The notes beneath the pieces were generated by a model. The model was not told the DNA's origin. It saw only the letters and a program-made list of their open reading frames with translations, and made no database searches. From an uncultured Hormoscilla sp. (GTDB taxonomy: Bacteria; Cyanobacteriota; Cyanobacteriia; Cyanobacteriales; Desertifilaceae), in NCBI GenBank assembly GCA_963921275.4, contig OZ001293.3:352001-416000 (forward strand): 64,000 nt of DNA. The letters are read 5' to 3'. Below are positions 34,961 to 46,800 of the stretch, piece after piece. Position numbers and translations under genes: made by a program. Position 1 is the first letter of the stretch, and every line of letters begins with the position of its first letter.

Positions 34961-35394
34961 CGACTGGAAGAGGCCATGAACGATCAACGGGTTTTGACCA
35001 GTTTTGACCACACCCCTTGCCATAACTGCGCTCTCCTATGCTATAATGGCTGAAACGCTTTCAGAGAAAGAGAATGGTAATGATTATTGTTTTTGTGCCT
35101 GGCGACAAAATTGATTCTCTGGCATCACAAGGAAAGCATCCTCTTGAACTTGTTTTTCTCATCTAGGGCATCGAGTAGAAGCGGTGAAACCGGGTTTCTT
35201 GTCAGGCTATCAACGAGATCTCAATACTTTGACCAGAGAAACCCGGTAACATGAGCCGACGTTCTAGGGGGTGCGATCTACTTCGGTATCGAGAAAATCG
35301 GCGATCGCAAGGGGAAATATCACATAAATTTAAGGCGATCGCCTCCCCTCCCAATCCATGTTATAATTGAAACGAAAGTATTATTGTTCCCACC

Positions 35395-35973
35395 ATGACC
35401 AGTACATCTGTTCTAGATTCAACCTTGGAAGCCTTCCTCAAACTGCCTTACATTGAGGAATCCCCTGCATGGGAATATAATGGTCAAAAAATTCAAAAAC
35501 CAATGCCCCAAACCCAACATAGTCGATTGCAATTCAAACTTTGTGAAGCCATCAATCAAGTTGGAGAAGATCGAGAGATTGCTTGTGCTTTTCCAGAATT
35601 ACGGTGTACATTTGGCGATCGCTCCCTCGTTCCCGATATTTCCATATTGCGTTGGGAACGAATTCCCATGACAGTCGAAGGGGATCTCATCAATAAGTTT
35701 AATTCATTTCCCGATTGGACTATTGAAATTCTTTCTCCAGACCAATCTTCCAACCGCGTCACGGCTAATTTTTTACATTGCTTAAAATATGGGAGTCAAT
35801 TGGGTTGGTTGCTCGATCCTAGCGATCGCTCCGTGCTCGTTTTTCAACCCCGGCAAGAACCGACGATTTTCTCACAAAGGGATCCCTTGCCAGTGCTGAC
35901 GGGAATGGAACTGGAAATGAATGCCATGGAAATCTTTGCTTGGTTGAAAATGAAACCAAAAAGAACTAGGTAA
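35395..35973 (+). CDS. Uma2 family endonuclease
   Basis: FPELRCTF, VPDI, PDWTIEILSP, GWLLDP. Confidence 0.9.
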   Translation: MTSTSVLDSTLEAFLKLPYIEESPAWEYNGQKIQKPMPQTQHSRLQFKLCEAINQVGEDREIACAFPELRCTFGDRSLVPDISILRWERIPMTVEGDLINKFNSFPDWTIEILSPDQSSNRVTANFLHCLKYGSQLGWLLDPSDRSVLVFQPRQEPTIFSQRDPLPVLTGMELEMNAMEIFAWLKMKPKRTR

Positions 35974-35985
35974 GCAAGAAGTTGC

Positions 35986-36195
35986 TTATTGTCCGCGTCC
36001 GGGTTGACAATCGACAAAACTCAATGCCTCTGTATCGAGGAAGCTGGCGATCGCCATCTCAATGACTGCTTCAACCGGATACTCAATTTCAGCGGCACGG
36101 GCTATTAGGACCGATCGAATCCGTTCTGGTAAGCGTTCCAAGATAATTTCGGCATCAAAGCCAGAAAGTCTATCCTCTAGTTTTGCTTGCATCAA
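35986..36195 (-). CDS. Small conserved cyanobacterial hypothetical protein
   Basis: YPVEAVIEMAIASFLD...FVDCQP. Confidence 0.6.
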   Translation of the reverse strand: MMQAKLEDRLSGFDAEIILERLPERIRSVLIARAAEIEYPVEAVIEMAIASFLDTEALSFVDCQPGRGQ

Positions 36196-36204
36196 TTGAA
36201 ATAA

Positions 36205-37026
36205 TCAAGAGTTAAACTCATAACTGAGCACTTTAATCTCAGAGCCATTTTCTGGCAAATCAGCAGCACTAAGGGCGATCGCATCTCCATCAATGCGGCG
36301 CACCGACATGCCATCCATCAGGGCCAGAAATTCATTCACCATGACAATATCGCAAGCATTAGCATCAGCAGCAGCCGTGCGGTAATGGGTAGGAATGACA
36401 AGCTTCGGGTTCAGCACCGTCAGGGCCTGCTTGGCTTCCGAGGGATTATAGGCTTTGGGACCGCCTCCTACTGGGATGAATACCACATCCGGAGTCCCCA
36501 TGAGAATCTTCTGTTCGATCGATATTGGTGCCGCGACCCCTCCCAAGTGCAGGATCTTGATTCCTGCTTGGTTCCAGCACCACGCCACATTAGTTCCAAA
36601 CCGGCGTCCCCCTTCCCGATCGTGGTCAGTTTTAATTCCCTGAATCTGTATCTGAGAACCTATATTATAGGCTCCAGGCTGATATAATAACTGTGGCTTG
36701 CCTGGGAGAGATTCGATCGCCCCTTCATCCAGTAACTGACTGCTGATCAACACCACATCCGCCTCTACATTAGGAGGACGATATCTCGCCGTGCAGCCGA
36801 GAGTGCGGAAAGGATTTACCAGGATGCGTTGCCCCTCTCCGGTAAACATAAAACAAGTGTGACCCAACCACTCAATTGACAAGGACTCTGCCTTGGGAAC
36901 TGCAACAGAAGCCTGTAAGGACGCCGCCCTAGCTGTGAGTACAGCAGTGAGTAAACTTGGACCCGCGTAGCGCATCAACTGTCGCCGTTTCATCATCATC
37001 AATTTCTCTAATTTCTCTACAATCAC
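36205..37026 (-). CDS. MBL-fold metallo-hydrolase
   Basis: WLGHTCF, LHLG, IPVGG, IPTHY; start possibly at MMMKRR. Confidence 0.85.
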   Translation of the reverse strand: MIVEKLEKLMMMKRRQLMRYAGPSLLTAVLTARAASLQASVAVPKAESLSIEWLGHTCFMFTGEGQRILVNPFRTLGCTARYRPPNVEADVVLISSQLLDEGAIESLPGKPQLLYQPGAYNIGSQIQIQGIKTDHDREGGRRFGTNVAWCWNQAGIKILHLGGVAAPISIEQKILMGTPDVVFIPVGGGPKAYNPSEAKQALTVLNPKLVIPTHYRTAAADANACDIVMVNEFLALMDGMSVRRIDGDAIALSAADLPENGSEIKVLSYEFNS

Positions 37027-37613
37027 TACAGCTGGTTCAGGAAATTTCGCAGCAACTGCTTGCCTGCTTTTGTGAGAATACTCTCCGGATGGAATTGGAC
37101 GCCCTGAATGTGAGGATATTGCCGATGTCGCACCGACATAATTGTCTCATCTTCCACCCAGGCTGTAATTTCCAGCACCTCTGGACAAGTCTCCCGATCA
37201 ATTACCAAAGAATGATAGCGCGTCGCCATCAATGGACTTTCCACCTCTTGGAATACCCCCACACCTGTATGATGTACTAACGATGTCTTGCCATGCATCA
37301 ACAATGGAGCCGAAACTATCTTACCACCAAACACTTGACCAATGCTTTGATGTCCCAGACAGACACCCAGAATTGGTAAACTCGGTCCCAACTCTCTAAT
37401 CAAATCTAAAGAAATACCCGCATCTTCCGGACGTCCCGGTCCTGGAGAAATCACCACCGCATCTGGTTCCATCTGACGAATCTCTGCGACTGAGATTTTA
37501 TCATTCCGATAGACCTGAATATCTTCAGCTACGGGCAACTCATTGCTTAACTCTCCCAGATATTGTACCAGGTTATAAGTGAAACTGTCGTAATTATCGA
37601 TAACTATGATCAA
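37026..37613 (-). CDS. trpG: Anthranilate/aminodeoxychorismate synthase component II
   Basis: IDNYDSFTYNL, SPGPG, GVCLGHQ, QFHPES. Confidence 0.92.
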   Translation of the reverse strand: MIIVIDNYDSFTYNLVQYLGELSNELPVAEDIQVYRNDKISVAEIRQMEPDAVVISPGPGRPEDAGISLDLIRELGPSLPILGVCLGHQSIGQVFGGKIVSAPLLMHGKTSLVHHTGVGVFQEVESPLMATRYHSLVIDRETCPEVLEITAWVEDETIMSVRHRQYPHIQGVQFHPESILTKAGKQLLRNFLNQL

Positions 37614-37648
37614 CTTTTTTACTCCTAATATCTCTTGTTCATTAACTT

Positions 37649-37832
37649 GGCTCTTCTCAATCTAGTATGCCAAATTTATAGCTAATGTGCCTGAAACCCT
37701 TTACCAGTGAGGGTTACAACACCTGTGCCTTGCCAATCAGCCGATCTTGTTCGACAAAAACCTCAAATCTAGGTATAGCAAGGCTTTGAGGCTATTTTGA
37801 GGGCAATTTAGCATACCATTTCACGAAGAGCC
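37649..37832. mobile_element. ISL3-type MITE (184 bp)
   Basis: TIR GGCTCTTC/GAAGAGCC; 8-bp TSD ATTAACTT. Confidence 0.88.
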
Positions 37833-37863
37833 ATTAACTTTTTCTTTTTATGTTATCTGATTT

Positions 37864-38805
37864 CTATTGCCAAGTTTTTACCATCATAGCGATCAGGGGA
37901 GGAAACAGCAGCAACCCCGCCACCAGCAGAGCTACCAATGCCGAAATCAGCACCGCACCCGCAGCGCAATCCTTAGCTATTTTAGCAAGTTCGTGGTATG
38001 ATTTATTTACGGTTAAGTCAACAACCGCCTCAAGGGCCGTATTGAGTAACTCCATCGTCAAAACCAGTCCACTTGTCAGTTCAATTACAGCTATTTCCAC
38101 TAACTGTAAATGGAAAATAAAGCTGCCGCTCATCGCCAGAGTGCCAAGCACCAGATGAATGCGAAAATTGCGTTGGGTATAAAAAGCGTACCTTACTCCC
38201 TGCCAGGCATATTTGAAACTAACTAGGAGGTTTTCAGCCACCTGCCAGGATGATTCCCGGTTGGGTTTTAGAGCCTGATGAGAGTTGTTTTGAGTCTGCA
38301 TCTCTACCGTCATCCCCGATGGTATAACATTCGTAACAATTCCAGCTGTTTGCAGTAGCATATCTTGCTGCTCCAACATTCGCGTTTTGCTCTCGTCGTC
38401 AGGATGATCCCAGCCCAGGAGATGGAGAAAACCGTGGGCTGCAAGCCAAGCTAGCTCATATGATAGTGAATGTCTTTGCTGTTGCGCTTGTCGGTCAGCT
38501 GTCTCGACCGAAATCACGATATCACCCAGAGTCAGAGGATGCAACTCATGGCACTCGGGAAAGTCCACTTCCAACGCTGCGAAAGCCAAGACATCTGTGG
38601 GCTGATGCTGATGGCAATACTGGGCATTAATTGTCTGAATTTCGGCATCGCTAGTCAGAAGGAGACTCAGTTCATAGCCCTTAGCTAGTGGCAGTTTTGG
38701 ATGCATTTTTTCTAACCATAGATAGAACCAACCCGCCCAAGTTCGATCGTCAATTGGGCAATTGGTACTGGCAAAATGCCTCTGAATACTAACTTCAACT
38801 TCCAC
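37864..38805 (-). CDS. ybeY: In-frame fusion of rRNA maturation RNase YbeY and a DgkA-family kinase
   Basis: PTDVLAF, LGDIVIS, HGFLHLLGWDH (YbeY), then SFKYAWQG..QRNFRIH, ELLNTALE.VVD, AKDCAAGAV (DgkA). Confidence 0.85.
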   Translation of the reverse strand: MEVEVSIQRHFASTNCPIDDRTWAGWFYLWLEKMHPKLPLAKGYELSLLLTSDAEIQTINAQYCHQHQPTDVLAFAALEVDFPECHELHPLTLGDIVISVETADRQAQQQRHSLSYELAWLAAHGFLHLLGWDHPDDESKTRMLEQQDMLLQTAGIVTNVIPSGMTVEMQTQNNSHQALKPNRESSWQVAENLLVSFKYAWQGVRYAFYTQRNFRIHLVLGTLAMSGSFIFHLQLVEIAVIELTSGLVLTMELLNTALEAVVDLTVNKSYHELAKIAKDCAAGAVLISALVALLVAGLLLFPPLIAMMVKTWQ

Positions 38806-38860
38806 TCTGGAGTTCCCTCATACTATTCGTTCCTTGTTGCGCTTTTGCGCCGTTCCTCAA

Positions 38861-39205
38861 GTAAACCTCCGTGAGCTTGGAATCCCCGTCGCGGAGAGCG
38901 CGAAAAGCAAGCGAGCGGCTTTAGTCGCAGTCAGGCTACACATAGTCGGTTATATCTCCTAATTAACTGTACTTTGTTGACGCTGAACTGCCCGACCCGC
39001 TTCCAGTTATGGTCGTAAATGGACAGATTTTTTGTCCTGGCGGTATCGGTATAACCACCAATCCAGCCCCGAGCAACTTTGCCCGCCTTCTCAGCTTGCA
39101 CATAGTCCCCACTTCGGAAACCCCAGGGTGTAACTGTCCCGCCTTTGCGTTTGCAGACGCCACCTTCTTACCCAAGCTCCGTCGCTTCAGCGCGGAGAAG
39201 GTGAC
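38861..39205 (-). mobile_element. Non-autonomous IS200/IS605-type IsrB/IscB (RRXRR) transposon remnant
   Basis: Left end GTCA-CCTTCTCCGCGCTGAAGCGACGGAGCTTG hairpin; fragment KRKGGTVTPWGFRSGDYV...WIGGY...WKRVGQFS..KVQLIRR* (stop 38931); excision restores TTG ACT CGT TGA. Confidence 0.72.
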
Positions 39206-39420
39206 CGAGTCAAATAGGACAAGAGGATGAGGATGCCTACAAGACCAACAGTTGTCAGGACAAAATGCTTTAAGGAAGTGCCGCCTTTACGCACCATGTT
39301 GCGCATCGCTAGCTTGACGTAACTTGGTTGGGGTTCTGTTGCTGCTGGTGCTTCCCGATCTACCACCGGTTCTGCATTAACTGGCGCTTCTACCCGGTCA
39401 GTTGGAGATGATTGGCTCAT
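39187..39420 (-). CDS. DUF3285 family protein; C-terminus altered by the transposon insertion
   Basis: PSYVKLAMRNMVRKG..SLKHF; conserved position upstream of ybeY. Confidence 0.85.
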   Translation of the reverse strand: MSQSSPTDRVEAPVNAEPVVDREAPAATEPQPSYVKLAMRNMVRKGGTSLKHFVLTTVGLVGILILLSYLTRSPSPR

Positions 39421-39567
39421 AAGCTGAGTGCAAACAATTTCTCTCTAGTCTAGCAGTTTTGTTACATTTTGTTAAGTAAAGACCACAAAAAAATCTCTAC
39501 ACCGCCAAGGCACCGGCGTATTGCGGAAAGGGGGATGGGGCGATCTCCCCATCCCCGATCGGCTCTA

Positions 39568-40693
39568 TTAGGCACCAATACTCTCGACCAGCTGGTTTTC
39601 CTGGCGGAGATAAGCTTGGATGAAGGGGTCAAGATCGCCGTTCATCACATCTGTAATGGCTGTCGTTTCCGCAGTAGTACGGAGGTCTTTCACCATTTGG
39701 TAGGGGTGGAAGACGTAATTGCGAATCTGGTTGCCCCAGGCTGCTTCTACCATATCACCCCGGATATCAGCAATTTTTTGGGTGTGCTGTTCCTGGGCGA
39801 TCACCAGTAGCTTGGCTTTCAGGAGGGCGATCGCCTTCTCCTTGTTTTGCAGCTGACTGCGTTCCTGGGTACAGCGCACGGCAATGCCAGAGGGAATATG
39901 AACAACCCGCACGGCAGTTTCCACCTTGTTGACATTCTGGCCGCCCTTGCCACCAGAACGAGAGGTAGTAATTTCCAAATCTTTTTCGGGAAGGTCCAGC
40001 TGCACCTCCTCATCCAGGATGGGCATGACTTCCACCCCAGCGAAGCTAGTCTGGCGCTTGCCATTGGCATTGAAGGGAGAGATCCGCACCAGTCGATGGG
40101 TGCCTTTTTCTGCCTTCAGGTAACCGTAGGCATAGCGACCGGAGATTTCCAGGGTGGCAGACTTGATGCCCGCTTCATCCCCTTCCGAGATTTCGGCTAA
40201 ATTTACCTTATAACTGTGGTCTTTGCCCCAACGATCGTACATCCGCAGTAACATTTCGGCCCAGTCTTGAGCGTCTGTGCCGCCAGCACCAGCATTAATC
40301 GTGAGTACCGCTCCTTTTTTGTCATAGGGGCCCGACAACAATCTTTGCAATTCCCACTGATCGAATTGGCGGCTTAAGTGGGAAATATTAGATTGGGCCT
40401 CTTGGAGCAGCGACCGATCGACTTCTAACTCCAGCAGATCCAAGACGGCCCTCAGATCTTCTATGCTAGCTTGCCATTGTCCAAACTGTTCCCAGTGAGA
40501 TTTCAGCTCGTTGAGTTCTTGCAATGTCTGCTGGGCACCTGTATGGTCCTCCCAGAATTCTGGTTGTGCTGCCAGCTGTTCTAAGTCTTGGATTTTCGCA
40601 GTCAGTGCGGGAATGTCAAAGATAGTCCTGGGTTTTACCCAGGCGCAATGACAAGGTTTCGATTTCCCGCTTGATGTCTAGAAGTTCCATCAT
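39568..40693 (-). CDS. prfB: Peptide chain release factor 2 with programmed +1 frameshift
   Basis: CTT TGA C at 40621-40615 after [28 protein letters not shown] and GGQ motifs. Confidence 0.96.
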
Positions 40694-40754
40694 GGTTTCG
40701 ATGCTTGATTATTGGCGAGTTACTCTCTGGTCGATCTTAGCTTTTTTTTCCACT

Positions 40755-40788
40755 AAAAAATGGCAGGCAACTGTTGCCTGCCATTTTT
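40755..40788. terminator. Intrinsic terminator-like hairpin
   Basis: AAAAAATGGCAGGCAA-ctg-TTGCCTGCCATTTTT downstream of the YccA gene. Confidence 0.7.
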
Positions 40789-40809
40789 GCTCTATTCGAC
40801 TACCGCTTT

Positions 40810-41562
40810 TTAGTCGCGACTACCACCACTAATGGCAATCAGCAACCGCAGGATGAAGATAAACAGGTTGATGTAGGTCAGGTACATCGACAAGGCAGCG
40901 GATAGATACTGGTCATCGTTATAGGTCCGGGGCAGAATGTAGAAATCCACCACGGCGACACCGGCAAACAGAAAGACGCCGAAGCCGGAGATGGCAATTT
41001 CTAGCCAAGTAGGTGTGTAGACCCCGAAGATGGCAAACAAGAATTGGGCAACGATGACTATGAAGAAGCCAATCATTGCTATAGAGATCGCTTGAGTCCA
41101 GGCTAGACCATCAGTATCTGAGAGATTGGATCCTATCTGCCTGGCGACCACAAAGGTAATCCCACAACCGAGGGCGGCGATCGCAATTCCTTCGGCGCCA
41201 ACCCCCTGTGTCCCCAGGGCTACATAAATTAAGCCGCTGAGGGTGTAGCCGGACAACAGGCTGTAGAGCGCCAGCAGGGGCAGGGCCGTGCTGTTATTCC
41301 CATTTACCGCGACGCTACGGGCAACAAAGAACAAGGCTAGTTCTGCAATTATGGCCACAAAGAAGGTGGACATGAACAGCCCTGGGTTGCTATTGATCAT
41401 GCCAATGCCCCCGTAGCTGCCAACTGCGGTTAACAACAGACCGCCACCCACGTAGGGCAGGGCGTTGGGGATGACATTGGGGCCAATAATTGCCTGACCT
41501 CGGGCTTCGCTTATCGCTTGCCGGAAATTGCTGCTATTACTCATGATACTTCTTTTTGACAA
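40810..41562 (-). CDS. Bax inhibitor-1/YccA family membrane protein
   Basis: About 7 TM segments; AALSMYLTYINLFIFILRLL. Confidence 0.9.
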   Translation of the reverse strand: MSKRSIMSNSSNFRQAISEARGQAIIGPNVIPNALPYVGGGLLLTAVGSYGGIGMINSNPGLFMSTFFVAIIAELALFFVARSVAVNGNNSTALPLLALYSLLSGYTLSGLIYVALGTQGVGAEGIAIAALGCGITFVVARQIGSNLSDTDGLAWTQAISIAMIGFFIVIVAQFLFAIFGVYTPTWLEIAISGFGVFLFAGVAVVDFYILPRTYNDDQYLSAALSMYLTYINLFIFILRLLIAISGGSRD

Positions 41563-41737
41563 ACCACTTTACTACCGTGACTTTTATGATAACACAAATC
41601 TCTAAGAGCTGAGCTGCGGTACCTGGAGCATGTCATAACTCATTGTCACCTCTTGGGGATCTGCTCCCTTGATTATAGGATTTTTCTCTCACTATACTCT
41701 GAACGGTCAGAAACTGCGCATATGAAGGCAGGCAATA

Positions 41738-41945
41738 TGTCATTGCGAGGGGGGAGTAATTGAGCCTTGTGCTTTTTGAGTAACTGAGTAACGTCCTCCC
41801 CCCCGAAGCAATCTCCCAGCGCGTGGAGATTGCTTCGGGGGGGTCTGATAGTTGTGCTCTCCAGAGTTACTGCTGCGGTAGCCCCCCTCGCAATGACACC
41901 AACAATGCCTTAAGCGCAAGTCGATGCCTTTCAAAGTATAAATCA
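41738..41945. repeat. GTCATTGCGAG...GAAGCAATCT/AGATTGCTTC...CTCGCAATGAC palindromic (CGTC-REP-like) element
   Basis: Nested inverted repeats; 3' half repeated at ~48290-48420; partial copies at ~3338 and ~43488. Confidence 0.7.
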
Positions 41946-42130
41946 ACTCTGCCCGCTCGCAGCTCTAAAAATATCCCCTTGTGTATACTATTAATATTTA
42001 ATTGTGCTAATATCAAGTAGGGATATCCCCTCGATTATGTGGGAGCGAGGAGGCTGCCCCCGGATCTACGATCTGATTCACCAGTAGCCCAGAAACCCTG
42101 TTTTTCCAAAAAACAGGGTTTCTTAATTCT

Positions 42131-43322
42131 TTAATGCTCCCGAATATTACCAAAGGCGCAGTGGAATCTCAATGACAAATTCCGCTCCTTCACCGTGGAA
42201 ATGCATGATAACTTACCACCATGACGCTGTACCACGATCTGGTAGCTAGTAGATAACCCCAACCCAGTCCCCAACCCCACAGGCTTAGTGGTAAAGAAGG
42301 GATCGAATATTTTCTTCTGAACCGACTCACTAATACCAGTACCATTATCTGCAATTGAGATTTGCACTCCCTCATCTTTAATTAACAAGGTGCGAATTCT
42401 AATTTCCGGAGAGGGGATGTCCGCCGTCGATCGCATTGGCGAGCAAATTCATAAACACCTGATTCAGTTCCCCGGCGTAGCACTCCACCAGGGGTAACTT
42501 GCCGTATTCCTTGACCACCTGAATGGCTGCCCGATCGGCCTTAGCTTGCAGACGGCTTTCTAGGAGTATTAAGGTACTATCGATTCCCTCATGCAGATCT
42601 ACTGCTTTATGTTCCGCTTCATCTAACCGGGAAAATTTCCGCAGGGACTGAACAATCTCCTGAATGCGTTTAGTTCCTATCTGCATCGAGTCAAATAGCT
42701 TGAGTAGGTCTTGTTTGATAAATTCCAGGTCAATTTCTTCTATCCGATCCTGAATCTCTGGGGCTATGTAACTGGATTGGTTTTTCTCTAATATTTCTAA
42801 CAATTATAGCAATTTTTGGGTGTATTGCATAGCGTGGAACAGGTTGCCGTGAATAAAATTTACCGGATTATTTATTTCGTGAGCCACCCCTGCCACTAAT
42901 TGTCCCAAGGAGGACATTTTTTCACTATGCACTAACTGTATTTGAGCTTTTCGCAGTTGGATATGGGTATTGATCCGCGCTAAAACCTCTTGGTTTTGAA
43001 AGGGCTTGGTGATGTAATCCACTGCCTCCATTTGCAACCCTTTAACCTTGTTCTATACATCCGCAAGTGCTGTGATAAAAATCACGGGTATTTCTTTAGT
43101 TTTCCGGTCCGCTTTCAGCCGACGGCAGGTTTCAAACCCGTCCATTCCTGGCGGCATCATCACATCTAGCAAAATCAGGTCTGGTAATGTATTTTGCAGC
43201 CTTTTGATTGCACTTTCACCACTTTTCGCTACTGATACTTTGAACCCGGCATGATGCCAAAAATAAAAAAGCGAGATTCGTTGGGTTATCATCCACAATT
43301 AAAATAGAGCTTTTTTGAGCAT
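42131..43322 (-). pseudogene. REC-histidine kinase hybrid with several frameshifts
   Basis: [47 protein letters not shown] spread over four ORF pieces. Confidence 0.88.
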
Positions 43323-43557
43323 TTTCCAGATCTTTTACTCTCCCGATCGGATTGCCGATCGTATTGCTTAACGTGAGTTATACAGTTACTCAAACCCTCT
43401 CAACTTCCCTCCGGCACTCCGGCCTGGCAACCGGAATTCTTACCTTTGGATAGCTCTAACTATGAACTACGAACCGCGTAGCGTTGCGAGGTACGAAGCA
43501 ATCTCGAACTACGAACTCATCTTGCTTAGGGGCGATCTCCGCTGCTAAAATAATTTA

Positions 43558-43745
43558 GGCTCTTCGGTACTTGGTTGGCAAATTAGGGGTTCAAAAATCT
43601 CCGAAAGCCTTGCTCTGTAAGGCTTTAGCGACTTGCTAGACCCAATAGTTGCCTAAAAAAGACAGTCTATCGTCTGAAAGCCTTGCTGCGCAAGGCTTTC
43701 AGCCTAAATCTATTGCTAAAATACCATACTAAGTACCGAAGAGCC
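43558..43745. mobile_element. ISL3-type MITE (188 bp)
   Basis: TIR GGCTCTTCGGTACTT/AAGTACCGAAGAGCC; 8-bp TSD ATAATTTA. Confidence 0.9.
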
Positions 43746-43890
43746 ATAATTTATATCATTGTCCTTCACCTGCTGACATATTTTCGACAAAGTTCAGAAT
43801 TTCTTTATATTCAAACTCATCAGCCTCCAGCAGCTGGCGGGCAGGAAATGGATCCCGTTTCAGTCACTGGCCCATGCTGATTCTGGACAA

Positions 43891-46800
43891 TTACTTCATC
43901 TGATGAGGAATCTCGATCGCAAAGGAGGTTCCTGCACCCGGTGCGGAAATACAGGATAACTTACCGCCATGATGTTTCACCACAATAGAATAGCTTGTCG
44001 ATAAACCCAAACCAGTCCCGGAACCCACTGGTTTTGTGGTAAAGAAGGGGTCAAATATCTTGGCCTGCACTTCCTCACTCATACCAGAACCATTATCAGC
44101 AATCATGATTTGCACGGAGGAGGCATCAGTCACTTTTGTGCTAATAGTAATGGTAGACGTCCAGTCTGACTTTTCTCCCTGAGACTTGGCTGAGGATATG
44201 GCATCAATGGCTTTTGTCAGAATATGCATAAATACTTGATTCAGCTCACCTGCGTAGCATTTGACTTTGGGTAGCTGACCATACTCTTCGATCAGTTTAA
44301 TGTCTTGCAGCTGACTCTGCAAGATTACTAAAGTGCTATCAATTCCTTCATGAATATCTACTGTCTTTAGTTCTGACTCGTCTAAGCGAGAGAAATTCCG
44401 AAGCGATCGCACAATCTCGGCAATTCTTTCCGCCCCGATCTGCATGGAAGAGATAATTTGAGGTAAATCTTCTTTGATAAATTCCAGGTCTCTCGCTTCT
44501 ATCTCCTCTTGAATCTCCGACACTGGCTCTGGGTAATACTGCCGATAAATCTCGATAATGTTGAGTAAGTCTTGACTATAGCTATCGGCATGATTGAGAT
44601 TCCCAAATATGAAGTTAACCGGGTTGTTAATTTCATGGGCTACACCTGCTACCAGCTGTCCTAAACTAGACATCTTTTCAGTTTGAATCAGTTGTGTCTG
44701 AGTGCGGCGCAGTTCCTGCAAAGCTGATTCTAACTCCGTTGCTTTCTGACGCGCCCGCTCTTCTGCTTCCCGCAATGCTGACAAATTACACAACTCAATC
44801 TGCGTTTTAATTCGTGCCAGCAATTCATTTTTGGCAATAGGTTTAGTTAAATAATCATTAGCCCCCGCATCTAATCCTGCTACCAGATCCTTGACTTGAT
44901 TTTTGGCCGTCAACATTAAGATTGGTAGTTCATCCAACTCATACTGTTCGCAGATTTTTTCGCAGACTTCATAGCCAGTCATGCGCGGCATCATCACATC
45001 TAGTAAGATTATATCTGGTTTACCTTCCGACTCAATTACTGCTAACGCTTCCTCTCCATTCGTGGCTGAGACTATGGTATAGTTTTCTAAGGAAAGATAG
45101 TTTACCAGTACCTGGAGATTTACTGGCTCATCATCCACAATCAGGATTTTGAACTCTGATTGGAAATTGTCAATTGTTAATGGTGAATTGTCAATTTTTT
45201 CGGATGTATTGGCAAGCGCTTGTTTCACAGCAGGTGGAGAATAGATAGGTTGGTCATGGACAATTCTTTCCCTGGAGACGATCGCCATTGGCAGAGTAAA
45301 GGTAAATCGAGAACCAACGTTAACAGTTGAGGCAACGCTAATTTCGCCGCCGTGCAATTCCACTAGCTTTTTGGTAACAGCTAAACCTAAGCCAGTCCCA
45401 CCATACTCTCTAGCTGTGGAACCATCAGCTTGTTCAAAAGATACAAAGATGCTGTCTAATTTATCTGCGGGAATCCCGATGCCAGTATCAGACACGGTAA
45501 TTGCTAATTGTCGATCGGGCCTGTTTGCTGCTGATATTTCTACCCTGCCGCTGCTTGAGAACTTAATCCCATTCCCAATCAGGTTAATGCAGAATCTGCT
45601 GCACCCGATTTTCGTCTGCATTTGCTAGTGGTAAGTCAGGAGGAATGGCGTTAATTAGCTGCAAATCTTTATTGCCAATCAGAGGTTTGCTAAGGGTAAG
45701 TACGACCTCGGCCACTTCTCGCATGCCCACAGGAAGCAATTGTAGTTCAATATCTTTGTGTTTCAGTTGAGAAAAATCGAGGATGTCATTAATCAGATTA
45801 GACAGACGCTTACCGCTAGCAACAATCAGGGATAGATTAGATTTGGTTGAAGTGGGCAGTTCTCCAGTAACTCCTTCCATCAGGGACTCAGCAATACCGA
45901 TAATGCCATTCGTCCGCAGTTCGTGGGAGGTATTCGCCAAAAACTCATCCTTTTGTTCAGACGCTGCAATTCCCGATTTTTGGCTTCTAAGGTAGCAAAA
46001 GACTCTTGCAGTTGTCTGGCCATAGCATTAAATGACTTGGCCAGTTCCCCTACCTCATCAGAACGTTTAAATTCTAAAGAGTCCCCTTGCTTCCATTCAC
46101 CTTGGGCCAGTTTCTTCGCAGCTGTATTTAACCGCCCGATCGGTCGGATAACCCACCGCGAAGTGAGAATACCAATGGCGATCGCCACCCCCAAGGCCGC
46201 CAGACATAGGAGAATTGTGGTGCGAGTATTAGCATTAATTTGCTCCATAAAGTCCGCTTCTGGGATGACTACCACCACGATCCAGTCAATTCCGCGACTG
46301 TCAGAAAAGGGCGTCACTTGCAGGAATTGTCGATCGCCCTTGAGTACAAAGGTCAGTTCCTTGGGAGTATCAATGTTGCTAAATTCACCAAACTCTGCCT
46401 TTAAATATTGGGCTGTAGCACTAAGGCAGGCCGCTATCTATGGCCCTGAGGCGACTGACTTCATCGATATTTTCGCTTTTGAGCGCGGGTTGATCTGAGG
46501 TAGAACTTGCCACGAGCAGTCCCGAACGTTCTATAATAAAGGTCTCTCCCGATCGACCAATTTCTAAACCTTGCAGGAACTCACCAATTTGTGATAGCAG
46601 TAGATCTATTCCCAAGACTCCCTGCAAAGTTCCAGTGGAGTCGTAAACAGGCTGGCTAATGGTGATCGCAGGTTGCCAGCTGAGAAAATCTGTATAAATT
46701 TCACCCCATGTGGCTTGACCGGTTTGCACGGCAGCTTTGTACCAGGGTCGCTGACTTGCGTCATAGTATTTACTGACAGACAACAGTTTTTGGCGATCGC

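Noticed and set aside
40615..40621. prfB as a pseudogene
   Set aside because: CTT TGA C is the well-known programmed frameshift.
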